From a bacterium (lineage in GTDB: Bacteria; Margulisbacteria; Marinamargulisbacteria; JABGVJ01): 64,000 nt of DNA. Where the stretch lies: assembly GCA_018646105.1 (NCBI GenBank), contig JABGVJ010000099.1, forward strand, positions 5,387-69,386. The letters are read 5' to 3'. Shown here in pieces: positions 39,306-48,826 of this stretch. The position numbers and the translations under genes are program-made. The notes beneath the pieces were generated by a model that ran no database searches, was not told the origin of the DNA, and saw only the letters and a program-made list of their open reading frames with translations. Position 1 is the first letter of the stretch, and each line of letters starts with the position of its first letter.

Positions 39306-40557
39306 CCAAAAAGAAATAATAGTTATAGCCTTTAAATTTCCGCCAATGGGCGGAATTGGGAGCAGAAGATGGGCTAAATTTGTTAAATATTTGGCTAATA
39401 AAGGTTATATAGTTCATGTGATTACTATTAAATATTCCTATAAAGATAAGATTAATTGGACAAGAGATGTTGAAGATAATGAAAATATAATAATCCATCG
39501 GTTGCCATCTTGCTTTCCTGTTTTTTTCTTAAAAGAAAATAAAAGTAATTTATTATTGTTATTGGAAAAAATATTTAATAAGACTATAAAAAAGCTCTTT
39601 TTTTATTTAGATATAGCGCAGGGTTGGGAGAAAAAGTTAATTCCTTATGCAAGAAATTTGATTAGGGAGAAAAACATTAAAAATGTGATAGTCACAGGGC
39701 CGCCTAGTTCTTTACATTATATTGCTACCTATCTAAAAATTGAAAATCCGTTAATTAATTTAATTCAAGATTATAGAGACCTTTGGAATTGCGATATAGA
39801 TTATGAATATAAAACCACCTTAACTAACTTTAGACAAAAGGAGAAAGCTGCGTATATGGAGTTTTTTACGATTGCACATGCAGATAAAGTTGTTTTTATT
39901 ACAGAAGATGCAAAGAACATGATGGGTAATTTGTATAAAGAATTTTGTCATAAATTTTGTTGTATCTATAATGGTTTTGATCAAGACGATAAAAAAATAT
40001 TAGAAAATACTAAAGATATTTCGAGAAAATTCAATATGATATATACAGGTAATTTGGGTCTAGGCCGAGAAAAAACTTTGGTATTGTTAGCAAGAGCAAT
40101 CGCGGAATTAAATGATAGTTTTATTAATGATAATTTAATGATTGATGTTTATTCTACTTTAAACCTAAAGTATTATGTGAAAAATAAATATTATGATATT
40201 TTGCAAAAGAATTTTAGATTTCATACTAAAGTGGAGCAAAAGGAAGTGTTAAATATCACTAATGAATATTATGTTTGTTTATCAATTAATGCTCCTATTT
40301 ATCCTTATACTATTGGAGCTAAGATATTTGATTATATGTTGTTAAATAAAAGGATTTTTCATATTTCCGAATTAGGAGAATTTAGTAGGTTATTAAAATC
40401 CAAGAAACAGTTTGTCGCGGATTATAATTTGGATACAATAAAAGAACAATTGATAAAAATAAAAGCAGATTTTTTAGCAAATAAGCGAGATAAATTTGAT
40501 TATTCAGAATTCGATCTTGAAAGATTAGTTGGAAAATTTGAGGGCTTGTTGATATAA
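39298..40557 (+). CDS. Glycosyltransferase, GT-B fold (GT4-like)
   Basis: FKFPPMGGIGSRRW N-terminal GT4-like pattern; 419 aa. Confidence 0.45.
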   Translation: MNNQKEIIVIAFKFPPMGGIGSRRWAKFVKYLANKGYIVHVITIKYSYKDKINWTRDVEDNENIIIHRLPSCFPVFFLKENKSNLLLLLEKIFNKTIKKLFFYLDIAQGWEKKLIPYARNLIREKNIKNVIVTGPPSSLHYIATYLKIENPLINLIQDYRDLWNCDIDYEYKTTLTNFRQKEKAAYMEFFTIAHADKVVFITEDAKNMMGNLYKEFCHKFCCIYNGFDQDDKKILENTKDISRKFNMIYTGNLGLGREKTLVLLARAIAELNDSFINDNLMIDVYSTLNLKYYVKNKYYDILQKNFRFHTKVEQKEVLNITNEYYVCLSINAPIYPYTIGAKIFDYMLLNKRIFHISELGEFSRLLKSKKQFVADYNLDTIKEQLIKIKADFLANKRDKFDYSEFDLERLVGKFEGLLI

Positions 40558-40571
40558 CTTGAAGGGAATAA

Positions 40572-41663
40572 TTGAATAAACAGTTTTTAATTGATATTTT
40601 TTTACCACCTTTTTTTGAAAAAAAAGAGTTCGATATTAAGAGGCTTAATAAATTAACTAATAAAAATTTTATTTATGCTTCTAAAGGTAGATATGCTTTT
40701 TACCATGCTTTGAAAGCATTAGCCCTTAAAGATAAAATTTTAGTACCTGTATACATTTGTAGATCTGTTTTAGAATCTTTGGAAATTTTAAAAATAACTC
40801 CGATATTTTATGATTTAGATAAAGAAGATTTAAATGCGAGCATAGATTCCATTAGATTTTTGGCGGAGAAATATAGTGTAAAAGCACTTTTAGTTGCAAG
40901 TATGTATGGCAATCCAGCAAATTTAGTTGAAATTGAAAGATATTGTAAGCAAAATAATATATTACTTATTGATGACGCAGCGCAGAGTTTTGGGGCTAAA
41001 TTAGATGAGCGGATGTTAGGAACTTTTGGTGACGCCGGCTTTTTTTCTTTTTCACCAGGTAAGCCTACCGCTGGGCATATGGGGGCTTTTTTTTGGACAA
41101 ATAATCCACAATATAGGTTTAAAAAAACAACACACAATTTTTTACATTTTTTGACTTATTTAGATTTCTATTTTAATCGTTTTAAAATTTATCAATATAG
41201 AAAGTATAAAATTTTTAATTTTTTTTCTTTATTAAAAAGAATATATGAAAAATATATTGATATTACTTTTGATAAAATGGAAAATTTTGAAGAAGAAATA
41301 CTAGGTGGGGTTTTAGAAGCAGCTATAGGTTCTAAGTTTGATTTTAGACAAAAATATGTCCAGGAATTTAAAGATAGATTTAGGGGAAATAGTTATTTTA
41401 GAGTTATTAGAAGTATTCGAGGGGAAGCTCGTCCTCATAAATTTGTGATAATGGCAAAAGGTGAAAATTTGGCAAAAGATTTAATGGTTTATTTAAAAGA
41501 TAATAAAATATATTGTTCTAATGGGTATCAATTATTGACCAATGATTTGCGTTACTTGCCAAATGCTGAGAAAATAAATAAGAGAATTATTGAAATTCCT
41601 ATTGAAAATAATCGGGGTAAAATGGATTATTTGTTTGAAATTTTGCAGAAATTTAGAGCCTAA
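40572..41663 (+). CDS. DegT/DnrJ/EryC1/StrS-family PLP-dependent sugar aminotransferase/dehydratase
   Basis: DDAAQSFGAK and the FSFSPGKP Lys motif; 363 aa. Confidence 0.65.
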   Translation: MNKQFLIDIFLPPFFEKKEFDIKRLNKLTNKNFIYASKGRYAFYHALKALALKDKILVPVYICRSVLESLEILKITPIFYDLDKEDLNASIDSIRFLAEKYSVKALLVASMYGNPANLVEIERYCKQNNILLIDDAAQSFGAKLDERMLGTFGDAGFFSFSPGKPTAGHMGAFFWTNNPQYRFKKTTHNFLHFLTYLDFYFNRFKIYQYRKYKIFNFFSLLKRIYEKYIDITFDKMENFEEEILGGVLEAAIGSKFDFRQKYVQEFKDRFRGNSYFRVIRSIRGEARPHKFVIMAKGENLAKDLMVYLKDNKIYCSNGYQLLTNDLRYLPNAEKINKRIIEIPIENNRGKMDYLFEILQKFRA

Positions 41664-41676
41664 AAAGGGATAAAAG

Positions 41677-43812
41677 ATGTTACAAGCAATAGTAAAAAAA
41701 GGTAAAGTTTTTGCTGAGAAAGTTTCTGCACCAGTTGTATCTAAAAATATGGTTTTAATAAAAGTAGTGAATAGTTGTATTTCAGCTGGAACTGAAATTA
41801 GCGGAGTTAAAGATAGTGGGACATCCCTAATTAAAAAGGTTTTAGACAAGCCGGAGCAATTAGCAAAGGTCGTGGATATGGTTAGACAGCAAGGATTTTG
41901 GGATACATATGAAAAGATTAAAGGGAAATTAGAGATAGGTGTGCCTACAGGATATTCGATTTCTGGGGTTGTTATGGGAGTGGGCGAAGGTGTGTCTGGA
42001 TTTAAAACCGGAGATGAAGTAGCGGCCGCAGGTGCGGGATTAGCTAATCATGCTGAATATGTAAATATTCCAGAAAATTTGGTGATGAAAATGCCTAAAG
42101 GAATGAACTTTAAAGAAGCATCTACAGTGACTTTGGGTGGGATAGCAATGCAGGGAGTGAGAAGAGTAGATTTGAGATTGGGGGAATATGCGGTTGTGGT
42201 TGGGGCTGGTATTTTAGGGCTTTTAAGCATCCAGATGTTAAAGTTAGCGGGAGTTAGGGTAGCAGTAATTGATTTAGATGAAAAAAGGCTAGAGATTGCT
42301 AAGGAATTAGGAGCTGAAATAATTTTAGATCCGGTTAAGACAGATACGGTGAAAGAAATTGAAAATTGGGCTAATGGATATGGGGCGGATGCCGTTTTGT
42401 TTACAGCGGCGACTTCTAGTAATGAACCATTATCCCAAGCTTTTCAAATGTGTAGAAAAAAAGGGAAAGTGGTTCTAGTAGGTGTGTCTGGAATGGAAAT
42501 TAAAAGAGAAGATATTTATGCTAAGGAACTTGATTTCCAAGTTTCTACCTCATATGGTCCTGGAAGGTATGATAAAAATTATGAAGAAAAAGGTCTTGAT
42601 TATCCATATGCTTATGTGAGGTGGACGGAAAATCGTAATATGAGAGAATATTTAAGGCTAGTACGAGATGGACATATTAAATTAGATAAAATGATTAATG
42701 CGGTTTATCCAATAGAGAAAGTAACTGAAGCATTTGAATCTTTGCAGGATAAGGCGAATAAACCGTTAATGGTTATTTTGGATTATGGACAGGTAGATAA
42801 AGAAAAAATTAATAGTTATTTAAAACAGGATAGAAAAATTTTTGTAAATAATATACCACTTAAAAAAGACATTATAAATGTGGCGCTTGTGGGAGCAGGT
42901 GGGTTTGCTACCGGAATGCATTTACCTAATATACGAAAGTTGAAAGATAAATATAGATTATATTGTGTAATGAACAGAACAGGGCATAAAGCAAAAGCTG
43001 TAGCTGAACAATATAAAGCGAATTATGCAACCACGAATTATGAAGATGTATTGAAAGATAAAAATGTAGATTTAGTGTTAATAGCTACCAGGCATGACAG
43101 TCACGCAGATTTAACAATAAAGGCGCTGAAAGCAGGTAAACATGTTTTTGTAGAAAAACCTTTAGCAACCACGCAAGAGGAATTGGAAAGAATAATTGCT
43201 TTTTATGACAGTAACGAATTTAAGTGCAAGCCAGTTTTGTTAACGGGCTTTAACAGAAGGTTTAGTAAATATGCACAAGAAATAAAGAAATATACAGATA
43301 AAAGGATAAACCCTTTATTTATTAGTTATAGAATGAATGCTGGTTTTATACCTTTGGATCATTGGGTACATGAAGATGGCGGTAGAATTGTAGGTGAAGG
43401 ATGTCATATTATTGATTTGATGAGTTTCTTTACAGGATCTAAGATAGTTTCTATTAGTTGCGAAGAAATAACTCCAGTAAATGAGGCAATCAGTTTTAGT
43501 GATAATAAAGCGATTATATTGAAATATGAAGATGGTTCTGTAGCTAATATTAATTATTTTGCTATTGGTAGTAAAGAATATCCTAAAGAGTATATGGAAG
43601 TGCATTTTGATCAAAAAACAATTGTGCTTGATGATTATAAAGCATTGAAAGGATATGGTGTTAAAATTAAAGAAATAACAACAGCCCAAAGTGAAAAAGG
43701 TCAGTTTGAAGAGTTGGAAAGATTATACGAAATATTAAGAGGAGATAAGCAAGATTGGCCTATAGAGTTGTGGGATATGGAGCAGACAACGAGGGTGGGG
43801 ACTTTTAAATGA
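41677..43812 (+). CDS. Two-domain oxidoreductase: N-terminal Zn-dependent MDR alcohol/polyol dehydrogenase fused to a C-terminal Gfo/Idh/MocA NAD(P)-oxidoreductase
   Basis: GVVMGVGEGV and GAGILGLLSIQMLKLAG (MDR family), then VALVGAGGFATGMHLPNI (Gfo/Idh/MocA Rossmann fold); 711 aa. GC is visibly higher than in its neighbours. Confidence 0.65.
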   Translation: MLQAIVKKGKVFAEKVSAPVVSKNMVLIKVVNSCISAGTEISGVKDSGTSLIKKVLDKPEQLAKVVDMVRQQGFWDTYEKIKGKLEIGVPTGYSISGVVMGVGEGVSGFKTGDEVAAAGAGLANHAEYVNIPENLVMKMPKGMNFKEASTVTLGGIAMQGVRRVDLRLGEYAVVVGAGILGLLSIQMLKLAGVRVAVIDLDEKRLEIAKELGAEIILDPVKTDTVKEIENWANGYGADAVLFTAATSSNEPLSQAFQMCRKKGKVVLVGVSGMEIKREDIYAKELDFQVSTSYGPGRYDKNYEEKGLDYPYAYVRWTENRNMREYLRLVRDGHIKLDKMINAVYPIEKVTEAFESLQDKANKPLMVILDYGQVDKEKINSYLKQDRKIFVNNIPLKKDIINVALVGAGGFATGMHLPNIRKLKDKYRLYCVMNRTGHKAKAVAEQYKANYATTNYEDVLKDKNVDLVLIATRHDSHADLTIKALKAGKHVFVEKPLATTQEELERIIAFYDSNEFKCKPVLLTGFNRRFSKYAQEIKKYTDKRINPLFISYRMNAGFIPLDHWVHEDGGRIVGEGCHIIDLMSFFTGSKIVSISCEEITPVNEAISFSDNKAIILKYEDGSVANINYFAIGSKEYPKEYMEVHFDQKTIVLDDYKALKGYGVKIKEITTAQSEKGQFEELERLYEILRGDKQDWPIELWDMEQTTRVGTFK

Positions 43813-44234
43813 ATATAGGCGTTAATTTGAAAGTTTTTTTAATAAAGATGGGAAAGCAGTTTGTTAAATTTTCTATTAATGGGGGGTTTTGTGCAGGTGT
43901 TGAATTTTTAGGGTTTTGGTTTTTTATATATTTTGGAAAAAATTATATGGTTTCTCAAATTTTTTCGTATAGTATTAGTATGTCGCTAAATTTCATTTTA
44001 AATCGATTTTGGACCTTTTCGTTACGAGCGGAGATTAAACAATTAGAAGCTTTTAAATTTTTAGTAGTGAATATAATAACTATGGTATCAATGCTTTTTT
44101 TAATATATATTTTTAAGGATAGAATGAATTTAAATTTATTTGCTAGTAAGATTTTAGCTACAAGTATTTTGATGTTTTTTAATTTTTTTTGCTATAAATT
44201 TTGGGTTTTTAAAAGAAATTTTGTAGAAGGGTAA
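43809..44234 (+). CDS. GtrA-family small membrane protein
   Basis: 141 aa, 4 TM helices, GtrA-like. Confidence 0.55.
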   Translation: MNIGVNLKVFLIKMGKQFVKFSINGGFCAGVEFLGFWFFIYFGKNYMVSQIFSYSISMSLNFILNRFWTFSLRAEIKQLEAFKFLVVNIITMVSMLFLIYIFKDRMNLNLFASKILATSILMFFNFFCYKFWVFKRNFVEG

Positions 44235-45440
44235 ATGTTTATGTTTTCTTTACAAACTAAAAAGTCTATGGCAAAGGCTTTATTAACAAAAAATTCTCCT
44301 TTTTATATTCAATTTTATATTTCTAAATATTGTCATTTAAAATGTAAAATGTGTAATATTGTGGAAGCTAATGCAGATGTTACGCCTTTTAAAAAAGAAC
44401 ATATAGAAAAAATAGCAGATAATTTAGTTAAAATAGGGGCAGGTGTGATCCTTTTGACAGGAGGAGAACCTTTTTTACGGCCAGATATTGATGAAATTGT
44501 GAGGGTTTTTAAAAGCAAAAATTTAGATGTGAGAATGCAAACAGCTGGATTAATTGAACAAAAAGCAAAAATTGAAAAATGTGTGGAAAATGGAGCGAGA
44601 GATATAAATATTAGTTTAGATTCTTTAGATGAAAATTTATCTGATTATATTAATGGAGTGAAAGGTTCTTGGAAAAAGGCTATACAATCTATTTCTTTAG
44701 TGTCTAAAACGTTTCCCAAAAAAGATTCTGTGTGTGCGCTTGGTTGTGTTTTGTCTAATTATAATATAGATGAAATTGAAGCAGTTTTGGAATTTGCTAC
44801 TAAGATTGGTTGGTGGCTATCATTAGTACCAGTACATATTAATGAAGAAGACTACCCCTTGAATTTTAGAGGTTATGATAAATATTTTAAAATTCCGGAA
44901 AGCAAATTTTTTCAATTAAAAGCTTTAATTGAAAGATTGAAAAAGAAAAAAAGAGCAGGATTTAATTTGTTTGATTCAGATGATTATTTGGATTCTATTT
45001 ATCATTTTATAACAACTGGACATCCTAATTGGCGGCACAAAGGCGTTTGCGATACTCCTAATTTGTATTTTGTTATATTACCCGATGGTAGGTTTGCTCC
45101 TTGTTGTGATTATAGGTTTGACGAGGATATTTATGTGTATGATGAAGATTTTCCTGAAATTTATAAAAGTAAAGGATTTAGAAAAAAAATAAAAGCAATT
45201 GCGAAAAAATGTCCAGGGTGTAATTTTGGCAGTTTTCCGGAAATGACTTTGTCAGCAAGGTCTTTTTCAACAATTAAGGAACGTATTTTGTTACAAAGCA
45301 AAGCAAAAAAAGCTGGTTTAAGACCATTGCAAGAGAAAGCAGTTTTAGAGATTATTGCGAATATTAAAGGAAAATATGAGATTTATCATAAAAAAAATTA
45401 TTCTAAATTTAGAGATAAAAAAGTATGTATCAAAAATTAA
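44235..45440 (+). CDS. Radical-SAM enzyme with a Cys-rich C-terminal (SPASM/twitch-like) domain
   Basis: CHLKCKMC (CxxxCxxC), LTGGEPFLRPD, and a C-terminal Cys cluster (C..PCC...CPGC). Confidence 0.65.
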   Translation: MFMFSLQTKKSMAKALLTKNSPFYIQFYISKYCHLKCKMCNIVEANADVTPFKKEHIEKIADNLVKIGAGVILLTGGEPFLRPDIDEIVRVFKSKNLDVRMQTAGLIEQKAKIEKCVENGARDINISLDSLDENLSDYINGVKGSWKKAIQSISLVSKTFPKKDSVCALGCVLSNYNIDEIEAVLEFATKIGWWLSLVPVHINEEDYPLNFRGYDKYFKIPESKFFQLKALIERLKKKKRAGFNLFDSDDYLDSIYHFITTGHPNWRHKGVCDTPNLYFVILPDGRFAPCCDYRFDEDIYVYDEDFPEIYKSKGFRKKIKAIAKKCPGCNFGSFPEMTLSARSFSTIKERILLQSKAKKAGLRPLQEKAVLEIIANIKGKYEIYHKKNYSKFRDKKVCIKN

Positions 45441-47866
45441 CCTCTATCATTAAATATATTAAAAATAAAGAAGTGTCTTTTGCACAGGCTGTAATAAAGC
45501 ATTATATAGTGCCTCAAGATGTTTTGGTTAAGAATATACCATCGGATGCGGTGGTATTAGATATAGGATGTGGAGAGGGAATTTTACTAAATGTTGTTGG
45601 GTATATGTTGTCTAAAAGTAAATGTATAGGTATTGATATTGATCGAAAAAAAATAGATATAGCTAAAAGAAATGCTAATCAAAATGTGGAGTTTAGGTGC
45701 CAGAATTTTTTTGACTTGGATTCTGATTTTAAAGTTGATGTAGTAATCATGAATGATTTTGTGCATCATTTTTCTTATTCTAAACAATTAGAGCTAATGG
45801 ATAACGTTGTAAGAAGAATTAAGCCAGGTGGTAAATTATTTTTAAAGGAAGTAGATCAATTAGATAAGCTAGATAGGGGTGTAACTACGTTTTTTGATAA
45901 AAAGCTTTATCCTAATGATGATTTATCTTATAGAACGAAAGATGAATGGTTAGTTTTTTTAAAGAGGTTAGGGATAACAAATGTTAAGGTAGAAAAAATA
46001 AAAAAAATGTGGCCGGCATCTAATACTTTATTGATAGCTAAATTACCGTTAGATAGAGATGTCGGATATGTTGATAATACAAAAAAAATTCAAGAAAGAA
46101 CGTTAGCTGCTAGAAAAAATAAACTAAAAACGGTTTTTGTAACAGGGGCAACAGGGTTTATTGGTAAATATGTTATAGACTATCTTTTAGAAAAAGGAAT
46201 GGCTGGAAATTCTGTAAGCTTAGTTTTGTTAACTAGAAATATGGATAACATTCCCAAAAAATATTTACATAATGAAAATATTGAGTGGCTAGTAGGGGAT
46301 TTGCATGATATGGAGCCACTTAAAGAATGTTTAGTGGAAATCGATTATGTTTTTCATTTAGCTGCAGAGGTTAAATTTTTTAAAGGTGCGGATGTTTGGA
46401 AAAATAATTATTACGGTACACTTTGTTTACTAGAAGCTTTAAAGGAAGTGAAGATAGAGCGATTTGTATTTGCAAGTACGATAGGCGCTTTTGATCGATT
46501 ACCGTCAGACTCTTGTACTCAACCATTAGATGAAAAGGCCGAGCCTAATCCGTTATCGGAATACGGTAAGTCAAAACTTGAAGCAGAAAGAGCGGTTAGA
46601 AATTCTGGTTTGAATTATACTATCGTGAGGATTCCTTGGGCGTATGGGAAAGGAATGACGCCGGATACCCATGTTAGAAATTTGATGCAGGCAGTGTATC
46701 AAAAGAAAATAGCTACCTGGTTTAATTTCCCAGGTAAAGTAAGTATAGTTGCAGCTCGAGATTTAGCAAGAGCTTTCATTTTTTTAGCAGAAAATAAGAA
46801 AGCTTTAAATGAGATATATTTTGTAACTGATGGGCAACCTGTTTCTTTAGGTGATTTATTTAAATTAATGGGAGATATTATTGGGACAAAAGCTGGATTT
46901 ATAAATATACCTAAAATTATTACTAAAATAGCACAGAGATTAAGGCGTTTTTTTCCCTTAGTTATTCAAAATTTAAATAGTGATGTTTTAACTGCTACAA
47001 ATGAAAAGGTTTTTAATGTTGGGTTTCAGATTGAAACTAGTAAAAGAGAAGGTTTACAGATTTTAGCGGAAGATGTCGGTATATTATCATCGGTTTTAAG
47101 AGAAAATGAAAAGCTGATAACTATTGTAACCGGAGCAGCCTCTGGTATCGGCAAGGCTTTGGCATCTAAGTTATCAGAATTAGGGCATCGCTTATTATTG
47201 ATAGATGTTCAAAAAATTAATGTTGAAAATTTTTCTAATCAGGTAAGGGTGGATTTTTTAAATTTAGATCTAACTAAAGTAGAATCATTAAATTTTATAG
47301 CAGATTATTTACAGAAAAATAAATATGTGGTGGACTGGGTTTTTAACAATGCAGGTATTGGCATACGAGGAGAGTTTGCAGAATTGAAATTTGAAGCACA
47401 GAAAAAAGTAATAGATTTGAATTGCGTGGTGCCTACTTTTTTATCTCATTTAGCTTTAAATCATTTTAAAAAATTTAATAGAGGTAGAATTATTAATATA
47501 GCCTCTTCTTCTGCTGTACAACCTCTTCCTTTGATGAGTGTTTATGCGGCCTCTAAATCTTATATTAAATCTTTTACGGAAAGTATAACCGGAGAAATGT
47601 TGGCTAAAAAAAATATTAGAATAACGACTGTTATTCCTTCTGGTACAGATACGGGGTTTCAAAAGGCTTCTGGTGTTAAAAAGAATGAAAATGAAAAATT
47701 GATGTCGGCAGAAGAAGTTTCTCGAAAAATTATAGATGCTGTTTTTAAAAATAAAAATATTGTTTACGTTGGTTTTCTAGGTAAAATAATGGCGATTTTA
47801 GCGAATATTTTACCGATTAATTGGCAAATTAAACTATGGTATACATTAATGAAAAAAATGAGGTGA
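45425..47866 (+). CDS. Tri-domain fusion: class I SAM methyltransferase, then NAD-dependent epimerase/dehydratase (extended SDR), then classical SDR
   Basis: LDIGCGEG motif; VFVTGATGFIGKYV with YGKSK (YxxxK); VTGAASGIGKAL with YAASK (YxxxK); 813 aa. Confidence 0.65.
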   Translation: MYQKLTSIIKYIKNKEVSFAQAVIKHYIVPQDVLVKNIPSDAVVLDIGCGEGILLNVVGYMLSKSKCIGIDIDRKKIDIAKRNANQNVEFRCQNFFDLDSDFKVDVVIMNDFVHHFSYSKQLELMDNVVRRIKPGGKLFLKEVDQLDKLDRGVTTFFDKKLYPNDDLSYRTKDEWLVFLKRLGITNVKVEKIKKMWPASNTLLIAKLPLDRDVGYVDNTKKIQERTLAARKNKLKTVFVTGATGFIGKYVIDYLLEKGMAGNSVSLVLLTRNMDNIPKKYLHNENIEWLVGDLHDMEPLKECLVEIDYVFHLAAEVKFFKGADVWKNNYYGTLCLLEALKEVKIERFVFASTIGAFDRLPSDSCTQPLDEKAEPNPLSEYGKSKLEAERAVRNSGLNYTIVRIPWAYGKGMTPDTHVRNLMQAVYQKKIATWFNFPGKVSIVAARDLARAFIFLAENKKALNEIYFVTDGQPVSLGDLFKLMGDIIGTKAGFINIPKIITKIAQRLRRFFPLVIQNLNSDVLTATNEKVFNVGFQIETSKREGLQILAEDVGILSSVLRENEKLITIVTGAASGIGKALASKLSELGHRLLLIDVQKINVENFSNQVRVDFLNLDLTKVESLNFIADYLQKNKYVVDWVFNNAGIGIRGEFAELKFEAQKKVIDLNCVVPTFLSHLALNHFKKFNRGRIINIASSSAVQPLPLMSVYAASKSYIKSFTESITGEMLAKKNIRITTVIPSGTDTGFQKASGVKKNENEKLMSAEEVSRKIIDAVFKNKNIVYVGFLGKIMAILANILPINWQIKLWYTLMKKMR

Positions 47867-47875
47867 TCAAGTTCT

Positions 47876-48823
47876 ATGAATAAAGAAAAATTAGATATAG
47901 TTGTTCCTGTTTATAATGAGGAAGAAAGTATAGAAGAGTTATTAAAGCGTTTGTTTGTTTTAAAAGAGAAAATGAATTTTCTCGATATAAATTTTATTTT
48001 TATTAATGATGGGTCTAAAGATCGCACTTTGGAAATTTTAAATAAATATGCGCAACAAAATAATTTTGTAAAAATTATTAATTTTAGTAGGAATTTTGGG
48101 CATCAGTTTGCGTTAACAGCAGGAGTGGATCATTCAGAAGCTGATTTTGTAGCGATCATTGATGCTGATTTGCAAGATCCTCCAGAATTGATTGAAGATA
48201 TGTATAATGAGGCTAAAAAAGGTTGTGACATAGTTTATGGGAAAAGGTTAGAAAGAAAAGGGGAAACTATTTTTAAAAAAATTACAGCCAAGTGTTTCTA
48301 TAAATTTATGAGAATGATGGTAGATGTGGATATTCCGGCTGATACCGGAGATTTTAGATTAATAAACAATAAGGTGCTTAATTATTTAAAGCAGATGCAG
48401 GAAAAGCATAGATTTATTAGAGGAATGGTTCCATGGATAGGTTTTAACAGTACGCCTTTATACTATAATCGAGATATTAGGTATGCTGGAGAAACAAAGT
48501 ATCCTTTAAACAAAATGTTGAAATTTGCTTTGGATGCAATATTTTCTTTTTCTAATAAGCCATTAAAACTAGCTAATCATATAGGTTTTTTTGCTATATT
48601 TATAGGTGTTTTTGGTAGTTTTTTGATGTTGTATTTTTTCTTTTTTACTGATTTTAAAGTACCTGGTATTACAACTACTATTTTAACCATACTTATTATG
48701 GGTGGTATTCAGATTTTAATGTTGGGTATTATAGGTGAATATATTGGTCGGATTTTTGAGGAAGTAAAAGCGCGACCTTTATATGTAATAGAAAGTACTA
48801 AAAATTTTATAAAAAGAGGATAA
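47876..48823 (+). CDS. GT2-family polyprenyl-phosphate glycosyltransferase (GtrB/ArnC/DPM1-like)
   Basis: LDIVVPVYNEE, DGSKD and DADLQDPP motifs; C-terminal TM helices. Confidence 0.75.
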   Translation: MNKEKLDIVVPVYNEEESIEELLKRLFVLKEKMNFLDINFIFINDGSKDRTLEILNKYAQQNNFVKIINFSRNFGHQFALTAGVDHSEADFVAIIDADLQDPPELIEDMYNEAKKGCDIVYGKRLERKGETIFKKITAKCFYKFMRMMVDVDIPADTGDFRLINNKVLNYLKQMQEKHRFIRGMVPWIGFNSTPLYYNRDIRYAGETKYPLNKMLKFALDAIFSFSNKPLKLANHIGFFAIFIGVFGSFLMLYFFFFTDFKVPGITTTILTILIMGGIQILMLGIIGEYIGRIFEEVKARPLYVIESTKNFIKRG

Positions 48824-48826
48824 TCA

